A stretch of 64,000 nucleotides of DNA from an uncultured Clostridia bacterium (GCA_947627455.1 CANQWC010000006.1:21714-85713); one strand, 5' to 3'. Shown: positions 9,765-20,189, numbered from the stretch's first letter. The notes: generated by a model from the sequence alone, not told the origin. Numbers and translations are program-made.

Positions 9765-9802
9765 AAAATCCCCCGTGAGCAATTCTCACGGGGTCTTCTT
9801 TT
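9763..9802. terminator. Bidirectional terminator (copy 2 of the duplicated terminator)
   Basis: ccccgtgag-caatt-ctcacgggg with A-run and T-run flanks. It lies between convergent genes. Confidence 0.7.
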
Positions 9803-10293
9803 TAATCTCCGATATTGATATCTCCGCTGTCGTCGCCGATCCCGAGCGATGCCCAGAACTCATCGATGTTGTCGATCTCAATGTCGCCGAGGTCCTCCGA
9901 GTCGTCCTCGTCATACCCCCCGACGATCTCCGAATCGTCGTCCTTCTTTGTCGTCTCCTCCGAGGCCTTGGTCGTTGCCTTGGTTGTTGCCTTGGTTGTT
10001 GCCTCGGTCTTCTTTGTTGTGGCTGCCGTCGTCGCGGCGGTTGTCTTTTCCGTCGCGGTGGTCTCGGGCTCGGTCGCGGCCGTTGTCGGCGATGTCGTCA
10101 AAACCGTCTCCGCCAAGGTCACAACAGCCGAAGCGCTTGTCAACTCCGAGGTCAGGGCTTCATCAGTCGTTGTCACAAAAGTCTCGATTGTCGGGGTATT
10201 ATCTCCCGAAACAAGGCTCTCCTCGCCGCTCGGCCCGCAGGCGCAAAGGGCGGCCATCGAAGCCGTCAGAGCTATCAAAAAAATCTTTTTCAT
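9802..10293 (-). CDS. Thr-rich/acidic lipoprotein (hypothetical)
   Basis: MKKIFLIALTASMAALCACG is a lipobox-like signal peptide, followed by a T/A-rich linker and a D/E-rich C-terminus. The start was moved to the internal ATG 10293, which has an AAAGGA RBS. Confidence 0.6.
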   Translation of the reverse strand: MKKIFLIALTASMAALCACGPSGEESLVSGDNTPTIETFVTTTDEALTSELTSASAVVTLAETVLTTSPTTAATEPETTATEKTTAATTAATTKKTEATTKATTKATTKASEETTKKDDDSEIVGGYDEDDSEDLGDIEIDNIDEFWASLGIGDDSGDINIGD

Positions 10294-10395
10294 ATTTTCA
10301 GATCCTTTCGCAAAATTCGCGCGGCGCAAAGATATTCTCTGCCTCATGCGAAAAAATACTCCGCCGCAGGGCGCGACGGAGCTTTTTACCGAAAA

Positions 10396-10641
10396 TCAGC
10401 CGTTAAGTTTCTTTGCGAGCTGAGACTTCTTTCTTGCCGCGGCGTTCTTATGAAGAATACCCTTTGCGCAAGCCTGATCGACCTTTTTGATGGCGACCTT
10501 GACTGCGGCCTCCTTATCGGCGCCTTCGGCGGTCTCTGCCTTCTTTACAGCGGTCTTGAGAGCGCTTTTTACCATTTTGTTCTGAAGAGTCTTGGTCTCG
10601 ATAACCTTTACTCTTTTCTTTGCGGACTTAATGTTTGCCAT
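10396..10641 (-). CDS. rpsT: 30S ribosomal protein S20
   Basis: 81 aa, [13 protein letters not shown]... is the characteristic S20 N-terminus. Confidence 0.93.
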   Translation of the reverse strand: MANIKSAKKRVKVIETKTLQNKMVKSALKTAVKKAETAEGADKEAAVKVAIKKVDQACAKGILHKNAAARKKSQLAKKLNG

Positions 10642-10858
10642 TAAGACACCTCCTTCTCTTCGCCCCGATTTCGGGGTATGAAATCCACTTATTTGGATAA
10701 GCTAATTGCATGACTGAGAGAAAATGCAAAAGGTTAATGACTCCTTACTTATTCAACAAGTATCAAAGACTACTATATCATCACTTTCAGAAAAATGCAA
10801 GCCTTTTTTGAAATTTTCTTCCCGATTTCCTAAATTTTTTTGAGGAGCTGATGTTTTT

Positions 10859-11695
10859 ATGCCTAATCTCGGCAGCCGAACCGACCTTGCGCTCGAAAGC
10901 GCGAACACCGTCAAGTCCGAGGGGCAGCTTCCGAGGGGTATCTCAGCCGATGAAAAAAATACCGCCTGTTTCACCGTCACTTCTGTCGAGGTCGTCACCG
11001 AAGAAGCCGCCGCGAAGATCGGCAAGCCTGTCGGCAGGTATATAACCCTCGAGACCGCCGCTCGCCTCGACATGAAACCCGAAAAGTTCGAGCAGAGCGT
11101 CTGCGACCTCGCCGAAGAGATAACCTCTCTTGTCGGCGAGGTGAAGAGCGTTTTGGTGGTCGGCCTCGGCAACGAAGAGATCACCCCCGACAGCCTCGGC
11201 CCGCGTGTGGTTTCACACATCTTTGCGACAAGGCATATAAAAGAAAACGCCCCCGAGCTCATGAGCGAAGACCTCGGCGAGGTATGCGCCTTGGCGCCCG
11301 GGGTGATGGGTCAGACAGGCATCGAGGCGAGTGAGCTTGTAAAAACCGTCTGCTCGGCGATAAAGCCCTCGGCGGTCATCGCCGTCGACGCCCTCGCCTG
11401 CTCCGAGCTCTCCCACCTCGGCCGAACGGTCCAGCTCACCGACACTGGCATATCGCCCGGGAGCGGCGTTATGAACGCCCGAAAAGAGCTTTCACTTGCC
11501 ACCCTCGGCGTCCCGACGGTCGCGATAGGCGTGCCGACGATCGCCGACCTCGGCTCGGAAAAAGAGACGATGATGGTCACTCCCCGCTCGATCGACAAAC
11601 TCATCGGCTGCACCGCCCAACTGATATCTTCGGCCCTTAATCTCGCGCTCCACCGCGGTTTAAGCCTCGATGAGATCCTCAATCTTACGGCATAG
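10859..11695 (+). CDS. gpr: Germination protease (spore endopeptidase) Gpr
   Basis: RTDLALE, VVGLGNEEITPDSLGP, AVDALA and TDTGISPGSGV are conserved GPR blocks. Confidence 0.88.
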   Translation: MPNLGSRTDLALESANTVKSEGQLPRGISADEKNTACFTVTSVEVVTEEAAAKIGKPVGRYITLETAARLDMKPEKFEQSVCDLAEEITSLVGEVKSVLVVGLGNEEITPDSLGPRVVSHIFATRHIKENAPELMSEDLGEVCALAPGVMGQTGIEASELVKTVCSAIKPSAVIAVDALACSELSHLGRTVQLTDTGISPGSGVMNARKELSLATLGVPTVAIGVPTIADLGSEKETMMVTPRSIDKLIGCTAQLISSALNLALHRGLSLDEILNLTA

Positions 11696-11717
11696 TCCGC
11701 GCCTTTTCGGATATCCC

Positions 11718-11840
11718 GGGAGTGTCTGTTTCGCACACATTATCCTCAGTATTTGAAAACTTCGCCATAGGCGACACCTTGAAATTCTGACATCTGACCT
11801 CTAATTTCTGTCTTCTTGATGTGGCCGATTCGGCCACATC
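11718..11840 (+). repeat. Dispersed intergenic repeat, copy 1 (core + 7-bp tandem array + terminal hairpin)
   Basis: The core cgcacacattatcctcagtatttgaaaac (11732-11760) is identical to the reverse complement of 38788-38816. Heptamers ttctgac/atctgac/ctctaat/ttctgtc occupy 11785-11812. The hairpin gatgtggccg-att-cggccacatc occupies 11818-11840. Confidence 0.7.
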
Positions 11841-11873
11841 CGGATATCCTCCACCAAAATTTAAAAAAAGCTA

Positions 11874-11902
11874 TTGACAAACCGCTCGCTCGGCGCTACA
11901 CT
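11874..11902 (+). promoter_or_regulatory. Candidate sigma-A promoter for acpP
   Basis: TTGACA, 17 nt, TACACT. Confidence 0.4.
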
Positions 11903-11946
11903 ATATTTGTATCTTGAAGCATTTTTTAGATTAGGAGGTTTGGACA

Positions 11947-12174
11947 ATGATCTTTGAAAAGGTAAAGTCAATCATCGCGCAGCAGCTCGATATCGACCCC
12001 GAAACCATTACTTACGAGTCATCTATCACCGACGACCTCGGCGCCGACTCTTTGGATGTAGTCGATATCGTGATGTCGTTTGAAGATGAATTCGGAGTCG
12101 AGATCCCCGACGACGCTGTCGAAACGATTCACACCGTCTCGGACATCGTTAAGTTTATCGAAGACAATCAGTAA
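11947..12174 (+). CDS. acpP: Acyl carrier protein
   Basis: 75 aa with the [13 protein letters not shown] phosphopantetheine-attachment motif (DSL). Confidence 0.9.
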   Translation: MIFEKVKSIIAQQLDIDPETITYESSITDDLGADSLDVVDIVMSFEDEFGVEIPDDAVETIHTVSDIVKFIEDNQ

Positions 12175-12247
12175 GCATTTTAAAGGGGCGCTCGTCGGTT
12201 CGGGCGTCCCTTTGCTTAATATCTTCCGAAAACTTTCCGAAAAGCTC

Positions 12248-12276
12248 TTGACAAAATCGCGAATGGGGAGTATAAT
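12248..12276 (+). promoter_or_regulatory. Candidate sigma-A promoter of the trp leader
   Basis: TTGACA (12248-12253), 17 nt, TATAAT (12271-12276). Confidence 0.5.
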
Positions 12277-12282
12277 TTTCTC

Positions 12283-12589
12283 AATCTAAACCGTTGATGC
12301 GGAAGTAAAGGCGAATAAGCTTGTGAAGAGAGCCCGCGATGATGAGAATCGGGTCAAAAACTGTTCGTCAAATGGGCCGCGGAGGGTGCAGTCAAAGGCG
12401 TAATGTATCATTTCGCCGAGTATTCTGCAACGTTTTGGCACACGTCAGCTGTCGGGGATATGTAAGTATCCCGCTAAGCGCGCCGAAAGGCGAATCAAGG
12501 TGGTACCGCGGATTGCATTTTGCCGTTCGTCCTTGGCAGTTTTCTGTCACGGGCGATTTATTTTTGCCGATTTTTTGCGGAGGTTTGCT
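12283..12589 (+). promoter_or_regulatory. T-box riboswitch leader of the trp operon (presumably tRNA-Trp responsive)
   Basis: A GA/K-turn-like tgatgcggaagta and an AGAGAG box lie near the 5' end. The conserved T-box sequence aatcaaGGTGGTACCGCGg is at 12493-12511, followed by a T-rich tract before the trpE RBS. The specifier was not resolved by eye; one UGG candidate is at 12382-12384. Confidence 0.8.
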
Positions 12590-14068
12590 ATGAAAATGAA
12601 ATTCACCCCCGATCTCGGGGAAGTAATGAAATTAAGCGAGGGCGGCGGCTTCAAAGTCTGCCCCGTCTCCTGCGAGTTCCTTTCCGACAGCTTCACCCCG
12701 ATAGAGGTGCTGCGAATCCTAAAGACTCTCTCCGACCACTGCTATCTCCTCGAATCGGTCGAGGGAAAGGAAAAGTGGGGGCGCTACACCTTCCTCGGCT
12801 TCGAGCCGAAGCTTGAGATCACCTATTCAAAGGACGAGCTCTCGATCGGCGGAAAGAGAATCAAGACCCAGAACCCCGCCGATAAAATCCGCGAGCTCCT
12901 CGCCGAGTATAAAAGCCCGAAGATCGCTGGGCTCCCGCCGTTCACGGGCGGCCTCGTCGGCTATTTTGCATACGATTATTTCGGCGATGTCGAGCCCGCC
13001 GCCCATGTCGACGTCACCGACGAAGAGGATTTCCGCGACCTCGATTTAATGCTCTTCGACAAGGTCATCGCGTTCGACAACTTCAGGCAGAAGATAATAC
13101 TCATCGCGAACATGCCGCTCCATAACCCCGCCGAGGGCTATAAAAAGGTATGCTCCGAGCTTGAAGCCCTCGCCGAAACATTATTCTCAAAGCGGGGCGA
13201 AATCCCCGCAGAGCGCGGCGGCAAGCTTTTGGGCGAGGTCACTCCCCTCTTCGACCGCGAGGCCTACTGCTCGATGGTCGAGCGCGCAAAGCATTATATC
13301 CGCGAGGGCGATATCTTCCAGATCGTCCTCTCGAACCGCCTGAGCGCCCCGTTCGAGGGCAGCCTTCTGAACACCTACCGAATCCTCCGCACGATAAACC
13401 CCTCGCCCTACATGTTCTATCTCTGCGGCACCGATGTCGAGGTCGCGGGCGCTTCTCCCGAAACGCTTGTGAAGCTTGAAAACGGCGTGCTCCACACCTT
13501 CCCCCTCGCGGGAACAAGACCCCGCGGCAAGACCGACGCCGAAGACAAAGCCCTCGAGGAGGAGCTCTTGAAAGACGAAAAAGAGCTTGCCGAGCACAAT
13601 ATGCTTGTTGATCTCGGGAGAAACGACCTCGGCAAGATATCTAAATTCGGCACCGTCTCGGTTGAAAAATACCACTCTATCGAGCGCTACTCTCATGTAA
13701 TGCATATCGGCTCAACGGTTCGCGGCGAGATCGACGCCGAAAAGTTCGATGCCCTTGACGCCGTCGGCGCGGTTCTCCCTGCGGGAACGCTCTCGGGCGC
13801 CCCGAAAATCAGGGCATGCCAACTCATCGGCGAGCTTGAAAACAACAAGCGCGGCATCTACGGCGGCGCGATCGGCTACATCGACTTCACGGGGAACCTT
13901 GACACCTGCATCGCGATAAGAATAGCCTATAAAAAGAACAAAAAGGTCTTTGTGCGCTCAGGCGCGGGCATAGTCGCCGACTCGGTTCCCGAAAAAGAGT
14001 TCGAGGAATGCCTCAACAAGGCGGCCGCGGTGCTCAACGCTTTAAAACAGGCAGGTGACGAATTATGA
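12590..14068 (+). CDS. trpE: Anthranilate synthase component I
   Basis: Chorismate-binding blocks are present: GDIFQIVLS, NPSPYMFY, LVDLGRNDLG, GGAIGY. The start was placed at ATG 12590 after GGAGG. The track start at 12500 lies inside the leader. Confidence 0.92.
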   Translation: MKMKFTPDLGEVMKLSEGGGFKVCPVSCEFLSDSFTPIEVLRILKTLSDHCYLLESVEGKEKWGRYTFLGFEPKLEITYSKDELSIGGKRIKTQNPADKIRELLAEYKSPKIAGLPPFTGGLVGYFAYDYFGDVEPAAHVDVTDEEDFRDLDLMLFDKVIAFDNFRQKIILIANMPLHNPAEGYKKVCSELEALAETLFSKRGEIPAERGGKLLGEVTPLFDREAYCSMVERAKHYIREGDIFQIVLSNRLSAPFEGSLLNTYRILRTINPSPYMFYLCGTDVEVAGASPETLVKLENGVLHTFPLAGTRPRGKTDAEDKALEEELLKDEKELAEHNMLVDLGRNDLGKISKFGTVSVEKYHSIERYSHVMHIGSTVRGEIDAEKFDALDAVGAVLPAGTLSGAPKIRACQLIGELENNKRGIYGGAIGYIDFTGNLDTCIAIRIAYKKNKKVFVRSGAGIVADSVPEKEFEECLNKAAAVLNALKQAGDEL

Positions 14069-14634
14069 TACTTCTCATCGACAACTACGACAGTTTTTCC
14101 TATAATCTTTATCAGCTTGTCGGAAGCCTAAGCCCCGACATTCGGGTGATACGCAACGACGAGCTCACCGCCGACGAAATTGCGGCGCTCTCGCCCACCC
14201 GAATAATCCTTTCGCCGGGCCCCGGCCGCCCCGAAGACGCCGGAGTCACGCAGGAGGTCGCGGGAACGGTTTCAAGAAAAGTTCCGACGCTCGGTGTATG
14301 CCTCGGCCATCAGGCCATCTGTCAGGCCTACGGCGCAACGGTCACTTACGCCTCCCGCCTGATGCACGGCAAGCAGTCCGAGGTCACGCTCGACGGCGAA
14401 TGCCCGCTGTTCCGCGGCCTGCCGAGCAGGGTCTCGGTTGCAAGGTATCACTCCCTCGCCGCCGACCCGAAGACTATCCCCGACTGTCTGAAGGTCGCCG
14501 CCCTCACCGACGAAGGCGAGATAATGGCGGTTCAGCACAAAATCTACCCCATCTTCGGCGTCCAGTTCCACCCCGAGAGCATCATGACCCCCGACGGTCT
14601 GAAAATGCTTGAAAACTTCATTTTCGGGCTGTAA
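14065..14634 (+). CDS. trpG: Anthranilate synthase component II (glutamine amidotransferase)
   Basis: GATase-1 motifs: GVCLGHQ (catalytic Cys) and FGVQFHPES. Confidence 0.9.
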   Translation: MILLIDNYDSFSYNLYQLVGSLSPDIRVIRNDELTADEIAALSPTRIILSPGPGRPEDAGVTQEVAGTVSRKVPTLGVCLGHQAICQAYGATVTYASRLMHGKQSEVTLDGECPLFRGLPSRVSVARYHSLAADPKTIPDCLKVAALTDEGEIMAVQHKIYPIFGVQFHPESIMTPDGLKMLENFIFGL

Positions 14635-14680
14635 CCCCTCATAGAATTTTAAACCAATCATATATCAGGAGGAATTTACC

Positions 14681-15700
14681 ATGATCAAAGAAGCAATCGC
14701 AAAAATCGTGACAAAACAGGACCTCACCTATGACGAGGCATACGGCGTCATGATGGAAATCATGAAGGGCGAGACCACCCCGACCCAGAACGCGGCTTTT
14801 CTTGCCGCCCTTTCGACAAAAAGCACCAAGGCCGAGACCATCGATGAGATCGCGGGCTGCGCCGCCGCGATGCGCGACAACGCCCTCAAGGTCGACACCG
14901 ACCTCGATCTTTTGGAGATTGTCGGAACAGGCGGCGACAACGCGGGCTCGATAAACATTTCGACCACCTCCGCGCTGATAATCGCGGCCGCGGGAATAAA
15001 GGTCGCGAAGCACGGCAACCGCGCGGCAAGCTCAAAATGCGGCGCCGCCGACTGCCTCGAGGCCCTCGGCGTGAACATCGACCTCTCGCCCGAAAAGTGC
15101 GTCGAGCTTCTTGAAAAGGTCGGAATCTGCTTCTTCTTCGCCCAAAAATACCACCCCTCGATGAAATATGTCGGCGCTATTCGCCGCGAGCTCGGCTTCA
15201 GAACGGTCTTCAACATTCTCGGCCCGCTCACCAACCCCGCCCACCCGAAGACCCAGCTCCTCGGCGTTTACGACGAATCCCTCTGCGAGCCCCTCGCGAA
15301 GGTTTTAATGAGCCTCGGCGTCAAGCGCGGCATGGTCGTTTACGGGCAGGATAAGCTCGACGAAATTTCGATAAGCTCGCCCACCACCGTCTGCGAGTTC
15401 AAGGGCGATATGCATAAAAACTATGAAATCAGGCCCGAAGACTTCGGCTTCAGGACCGCCGATAAGTCCGAGCTCGTCGGCGGCACCCCTGCCGAGAACG
15501 CCGCGATAACCCTCGCGATTTTAAAGGGCGAGGAAAAGGGCGCAAAGCTCAACGCGGTATTGATGAACGCGGGCGCGGCCATCTATCTCGGCGGCAAGGC
15601 CGACACCCTCGCCGACGGCGTAAAGCTTGCTCAGAAGCTTGTCGAATCGGGCGAGGCGCTCAAAAAGCTCAACGAATTCATCGAGGCTTCAAACTCATGA
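14681..15700 (+). CDS. trpD: Anthranilate phosphoribosyltransferase
   Basis: [24 protein letters not shown] and the operon position fit TrpD. Confidence 0.92.
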   Translation: MIKEAIAKIVTKQDLTYDEAYGVMMEIMKGETTPTQNAAFLAALSTKSTKAETIDEIAGCAAAMRDNALKVDTDLDLLEIVGTGGDNAGSINISTTSALIIAAAGIKVAKHGNRAASSKCGAADCLEALGVNIDLSPEKCVELLEKVGICFFFAQKYHPSMKYVGAIRRELGFRTVFNILGPLTNPAHPKTQLLGVYDESLCEPLAKVLMSLGVKRGMVVYGQDKLDEISISSPTTVCEFKGDMHKNYEIRPEDFGFRTADKSELVGGTPAENAAITLAILKGEEKGAKLNAVLMNAGAAIYLGGKADTLADGVKLAQKLVESGEALKKLNEFIEASNS

Positions 15701-16476
15701 CCGTCCTCGATGTTCTTGCCGAAAGCTCCCGCGAGCGCGTCGCCGAGTCAAAGCGACGCCTCCCCGCCGCCGAGCTTGAAAGGCGTGTTCTCTCCCTTGA
15801 AAAGGCCGATTTTGCCTTCGAGCGCGCGCTCAAAAAAAGCGGAATCTCCTTCATCTGCGAGTGCAAAAAGGCCTCCCCGTCAAAGGGGCTGATCTCCCCC
15901 GAGTTCCCCTATCTTGAAATCGCGAAGGCCTATGAGGCCGCGGGTGCCGATGCGATATCCGTCCTCACCGAGCCGACAAAATTCCTCGGCCGCGACGAAT
16001 ATCTCCGCGAAATTTCTGCCGAGGTTAAAATCCCCTGCCTCAGAAAGGATTTCACCGTCGACGAATACATGATCTTCGAGGCGAGGCTTTTGGGCGCCGA
16101 GGCGGTGCTGCTGATATGCTCTATCCTCGACGAAAAACAGCTTCGCGACTATATCGATATCTGCGATTCCCTCGGCCTTTCCGCCCTGACAGAGGCCCAC
16201 GACGAGCGCGAGACCGAGACGGCTCTTCGCTGCGGCGCAAGGGTCATCGGCGTGAACAACCGCAATCTGAAAGACTTTTCGGTCGATTCCGACAACAGCC
16301 GAAGGCTCCGCCGCCTTGTCCCGAGCGACAGAATTTTCGTCTCCGAGAGCGGCGTAAAAACCCGCGACGACGTCAAAGCGCTCGAAGATATCGGCGCAGA
16401 CGCGGTCCTTGTCGGCGAAACGCTGATGCGGGCCGAGAACAAGACTTCAAAGCTTCGGGAGCTTAAGGGCCTATGA
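15697..16476 (+). CDS. trpC: Indole-3-glycerol-phosphate synthase
   Basis: [29 protein letters not shown]. Confidence 0.92.
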   Translation: MTVLDVLAESSRERVAESKRRLPAAELERRVLSLEKADFAFERALKKSGISFICECKKASPSKGLISPEFPYLEIAKAYEAAGADAISVLTEPTKFLGRDEYLREISAEVKIPCLRKDFTVDEYMIFEARLLGAEAVLLICSILDEKQLRDYIDICDSLGLSALTEAHDERETETALRCGARVIGVNNRNLKDFSVDSDNSRRLRRLVPSDRIFVSESGVKTRDDVKALEDIGADAVLVGETLMRAENKTSKLRELKGL

Positions 16477-17075
16477 CGAAGATAAAATTCTGCGGCAACA
16501 AAACCGCCTCCGCCATCGAGGCGATGAACGAAATCCTCCCCGACTACGCGGGCTTTATCCTCTCGCCCCGCTTCCGCCGATATGTCCCGAAAGACGAGCT
16601 CACGCGGCTGACAGCCATGCTCGATAGGCAAATCAAGCGTGTCGGCGTCTTTGTCGATAACCCCTTTGAAGAGGTCAAAAGCTCCCTCGAAAGCGGAATT
16701 ATCGACATCGCCCAGCTTCACGGCTCAGAGGACGACAACTTTATCCTGCGGCTGAAAGAGCTCACAAAAAAGCCGATAATAAAGGCGTTTAAAATCGCTT
16801 CCGACGCCGATATTATCCGCGCGAGGTCCTCGCCCGCCGACTATATCCTTCTCGATTCGGGCACGGGAACAGGCAAAAGCTTTGACTGGTCGCTGATAAA
16901 AAACCTCGGCAGGGAATTCTTTTTGGCGGGCGGCCTCTGCCCCGAAAACGCCGCCGAGGCCATTGAAAAATGCCGTCCCTACTGCCTCGACGTAAGCTCG
17001 GGCATCGAGACCGACGGGGAAAAAGACCCCGAGAAAATGAAAAAATTTGCGGAGAACGTCCGCAGTAAAAAATAA
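16473..17075 (+). CDS. trpF: Phosphoribosylanthranilate isomerase
   Basis: KFCG near the N-terminus, [24 protein letters not shown]. Confidence 0.9.
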   Translation: MTKIKFCGNKTASAIEAMNEILPDYAGFILSPRFRRYVPKDELTRLTAMLDRQIKRVGVFVDNPFEEVKSSLESGIIDIAQLHGSEDDNFILRLKELTKKPIIKAFKIASDADIIRARSSPADYILLDSGTGTGKSFDWSLIKNLGREFFLAGGLCPENAAEAIEKCRPYCLDVSSGIETDGEKDPEKMKKFAENVRSKK

Positions 17076-17088
17076 AGGAGTAATCACT

Positions 17089-18279
17089 ATGTCAAATCCA
17101 AGGGGGCGCTTCGGAATCCACGGCGGACAGTATATCCCCGAAACGCTTATGAACGCGGTCATCGAGCTTGAAGCCGCCTATGACAAATATAAAGACGACC
17201 CCGAGTTCAATCGCGAGCTCAACGCACTTCTGAACGACTACGCAGGCCGACCCTCCCGCCTTTATTTTGCCGAGAAGATGACCCGCGACCTCGGCGGCGC
17301 TAAAATCTATCTCAAGCGCGAGGACCTAAACCACACGGGCGCCCACAAGATAAACAACGTCCTCGGGCAGGCGTTACTCGCCAAAAAGATGGGTAAAACC
17401 CGCCTCATCGCCGAAACGGGCGCGGGCCAGCACGGCGTCGCGACCGCAACCGCCGCCGCCCTTATGGGAATGGAGTGCGTGGTATTCATGGGCGAGGAGG
17501 ACACCAAGCGCCAAGCCCTGAACGTCTATCGAATGAGGCTTTTGGGCGCCGATGTAATCCCCGTCAAGACGGGCACCGCCACCCTCAAGGACGCCGTAAG
17601 CGAGGCCATGCGCGAGTGGACACGGCGAATCTCCGACACCCATTACTGCCTCGGCTCGGTGATGGGCCCACACCCGTTCCCGACCATCGTCCGCGATTTT
17701 CAGGCGGTGATTTCAAAGGAGATAAAACAGCAGCTCCTTGAAAAAGAGGGCAAGCTGCCCGACGCGGTCATCGCCTGCGTCGGCGGCGGCTCAAACGCCA
17801 TCGGCAGTTTCTATAACTTCATCAACGATGAAAGCGTCGCGCTCATCGGCTGCGAGGCCGCGGGCCGAGGCATCGACACCTTCGAGACCGCCGCGACGGT
17901 CAACACGGGCCGCCTCGGAATCTTCCACGGAATGAAGTCATATTTCTGTCAGGACGACTTCGGCCAGATCGCGCCGGTATACTCTATTTCGGCGGGTCTT
18001 GACTACCCGGGCGTCGGCCCCGAGCACGCATATTTGCACGATATCGGCAGGGCTCAGTACGTCCCTGTCACCGACGACGAGGCCGTTGAAGCGTTTGAAT
18101 ACCTCGCGAAAACCGAGGGCATTATCCCCGCGATTGAATCCGCCCACGCCGTTGCCTATGCCCAAAAAATCGCCCCGACGATGGCAAAAGACAAAATCAT
18201 CGTCGTGACCCTTTCGGGCCGCGGCGACAAGGACTGCGCGGCGATCGCAAGATACAGAGGTGAAGACATCAATGAATAG
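17089..18279 (+). CDS. trpB: Tryptophan synthase beta chain
   Basis: [16 protein letters not shown], the [14 protein letters not shown]-lysine motif and GGGSNA. The start was trimmed to ATG 17089 after AAAGGAG. Confidence 0.95.
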   Translation: MSNPRGRFGIHGGQYIPETLMNAVIELEAAYDKYKDDPEFNRELNALLNDYAGRPSRLYFAEKMTRDLGGAKIYLKREDLNHTGAHKINNVLGQALLAKKMGKTRLIAETGAGQHGVATATAAALMGMECVVFMGEEDTKRQALNVYRMRLLGADVIPVKTGTATLKDAVSEAMREWTRRISDTHYCLGSVMGPHPFPTIVRDFQAVISKEIKQQLLEKEGKLPDAVIACVGGGSNAIGSFYNFINDESVALIGCEAAGRGIDTFETAATVNTGRLGIFHGMKSYFCQDDFGQIAPVYSISAGLDYPGVGPEHAYLHDIGRAQYVPVTDDEAVEAFEYLAKTEGIIPAIESAHAVAYAQKIAPTMAKDKIIVVTLSGRGDKDCAAIARYRGEDINE

Positions 18280-19039
18280 AATCAGTTCCGCTTTTGAAAA
18301 CGGCAAGGCTTTTATCCCGTTCATAACCTGCGGCGACCCCGATCTTGAAACCACCGCCAAGGTCGTTCGCGAGGCGGTTAAAAACGGCGCAGACCTTATC
18401 GAGCTCGGAATCCCCTTTTCCGACCCGACCGCCGAAGGCCCCGTCATTCAGGCCGCGAATATCCGCGCTCTTTCGGGCGGCGTGACCACCGACAAGGTAT
18501 TTGACCTTGTCCGCGAGCTCCGCACCGATGTCAGAATCCCGCTGGTGTTCATGACCTACGCAAACGTCGTGTTCAGCTACGGCGCCGAGCGCTTTATCTC
18601 GACCTGCAAGGAGACGGGCATCGACGGCTTGATTCTCCCCGACCTGCCCTATGAGGAGCGCGAGGAGTTCGAGCCCGTCTGCAAAAAATACGGAATCGCG
18701 CTGATTCCGCTGATTGCGCCGACCTCCGAAAACCGCATCGCGATGATAGCCAAGGCCGCCGAGGGCTTTATCTACGTTGTTTCAAGCCTCGGCGTCACGG
18801 GCGAGCGCAGCGAGATCACCACCGACATCGGCGCCATTGTGAAGATAATCCGCGAAAACACCGACCTGCCATGCGCTGTCGGCTTCGGAATCTCCACCCC
18901 CGAGCAGGCGAAAAAAATGTCCGCCCTTTCGGACGGCGCGATAGTCGGCTCGGCGATAATCAAGATAATCGAGAAATTCGGCAAAGATGCCGCGCCGCAC
19001 GTCGGAGAATACGTCCGCTCGATGAAGTCGGCGATTTGA
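18272..19039 (+). CDS. trpA: Tryptophan synthase alpha chain
   Basis: [41 protein letters not shown] 18272 overlaps the trpB stop. GTG 18260 is an alternative start. Confidence 0.92.
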   Translation: MNRISSAFENGKAFIPFITCGDPDLETTAKVVREAVKNGADLIELGIPFSDPTAEGPVIQAANIRALSGGVTTDKVFDLVRELRTDVRIPLVFMTYANVVFSYGAERFISTCKETGIDGLILPDLPYEEREEFEPVCKKYGIALIPLIAPTSENRIAMIAKAAEGFIYVVSSLGVTGERSEITTDIGAIVKIIRENTDLPCAVGFGISTPEQAKKMSALSDGAIVGSAIIKIIEKFGKDAAPHVGEYVRSMKSAI

Positions 19040-19054
19040 AAAAAGGAGGCAGCC

Positions 19055-19825
19055 TTGGACTTTCTTGAAACCTACTACCAAAACTATGACGAGGACGGCA
19101 GGCTGCTTTCTCAGCACGGCCAGGTCGAGTACATCACCACCCAAAAATATATTCACGAATACCTCGCCGAGCCTATACTTGAAATCGGCGCGGGCACGGG
19201 CCGATACAGCGTAACCCTCGCGAAAGAGGGGCATGATGTCACCGTAATCGAGCTTGTCGCCCATAACCTTGAGATTCTTCGCCAAAAGCTCGACGGCAGC
19301 GAAAAAATCGCGGTCATGCAGGGCAACGCCCTCGACCTCTCCGCCCTTCCCGATAACCATTTCGGGCTGACCCTTGTTTTGGGGCCGATGTATCATCTTT
19401 ATACAAAGGCCGATAAGCTTCGCGCCCTTCGCGAGGCGGTTAGGGTCACAAAGCCGAACGGGCATATCTTTGTGGCCTACTGCATGAACGAGCCGACGGT
19501 GATACAGTATGTTTTCGGGCTGAACAAGCTTCACGAGGTGATGGATCTGAAAATGATCACGTCGGATTGGCACTGCGTGAGCGAGCCGAAGGAGATTTTT
19601 GAGCTTGTCCGCACCGAGGACATCGCCGAGCTTGACAGCGCCCTGCCCGTCGAGAGAATAAAGCTTGTCGCTGCCGACGGCGCGACTAATTATAAGCGTG
19701 AATACATCGACGCCATGGACAAAGAGACTTTTGCAAAGTGGGTGGAGTACCACCTTGCGACCTGCGAGCGTCAGGACCTCATCGGCGCCTCGCACCACAC
19801 GCTGGACATATTGCGGAAGATATAA
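19055..19825 (+). CDS. Class I SAM-dependent methyltransferase
   Basis: SAM motif I ILEIGAGTGRYS followed by an acidic IEL. TTG start after AAGGAGG. Confidence 0.75.
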   Translation: MDFLETYYQNYDEDGRLLSQHGQVEYITTQKYIHEYLAEPILEIGAGTGRYSVTLAKEGHDVTVIELVAHNLEILRQKLDGSEKIAVMQGNALDLSALPDNHFGLTLVLGPMYHLYTKADKLRALREAVRVTKPNGHIFVAYCMNEPTVIQYVFGLNKLHEVMDLKMITSDWHCVSEPKEIFELVRTEDIAELDSALPVERIKLVAADGATNYKREYIDAMDKETFAKWVEYHLATCERQDLIGASHHTLDILRKI

Positions 19826-19993
19826 AAGTTTTCGCTCAAGCCTTTCTCAAAAAGATAAGCGTTATTTCTATCCGTTCGCACTTCGCAATCATGAATGATT
19901 GATTGCTCGTGCTCACGGAGAAATAATCGCGTATCTCGGCTTGCGGGGAGCAATGAAAGCTATTTACCTTATCAAAATTAAGAAGTTTTCGCT

Positions 19994-20189
19994 TGAGCCT
20001 TTTGCAAAAGGCTCACGAGAGTCCAGAGGCGAGAAGCCTCTGGTCGCGCTCCGCAGAGCGCGAAATCCCATACGTAGTGCGCTCCGCAAGGGGTGAATTG
20101 AAAAACAATCCGGTGGATTGTTTTGAAAGAGGGGAAGCCCTGCAAGAGAGGGCGTCCCCTTTTAATTCGCAGCTCTGACAAGAGCTGCG
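19994..20189. repeat. Array of at least 6 unrelated GC-rich hairpins in a convergent intergenic gap
   Basis: tgagccttttgcaaaaggctca (19994-20015), ccagaggc-gagaa-gcctctgg (20023-20043), gcgct..agcgc (20047-20062), aaaacaatcc-ggt-ggattgtttt (20102-20124), agggga...tcccct (20130-20160), cgcagctct-gaca-agagctgcg (20168-20189). Confidence 0.7.

Noticed and set aside
9616-10644. 342-aa + strand ORF running across the lipoprotein and rpsT genes.
   Set aside because: It is antisense to two credible genes and crosses a terminator. The Cys/Arg/Gly-rich translation has no domain signature.
11709-11849. CGGATATCC present on both sides of repeat copy 1, as a 9-bp target-site duplication.
   Set aside because: Copy 2 has no matching flanks. 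GGATATCC is itself a palindrome, so one occurrence is not enough to claim transposition.
12500-12589. N-terminal extensions offered by the ORF track for trpE. The same issue applies to metY to 38731, prfB from 38914, the ABC ATPase from 45690, the sigma factor from 8392, trpB from 17047 and pstB to 61219.
   Set aside because: The extensions run through T-box leaders, terminators or repeat elements and lack an RBS. Internal ATG or TTG codons with good RBS give family-typical N-termini.
18782-19798. 338-aa ORF antisense to trpA and the methyltransferase gene.
   Set aside because: It spans two well-supported sense genes and their intergenic gap. It has no RBS or motif, so it is a shadow ORF.
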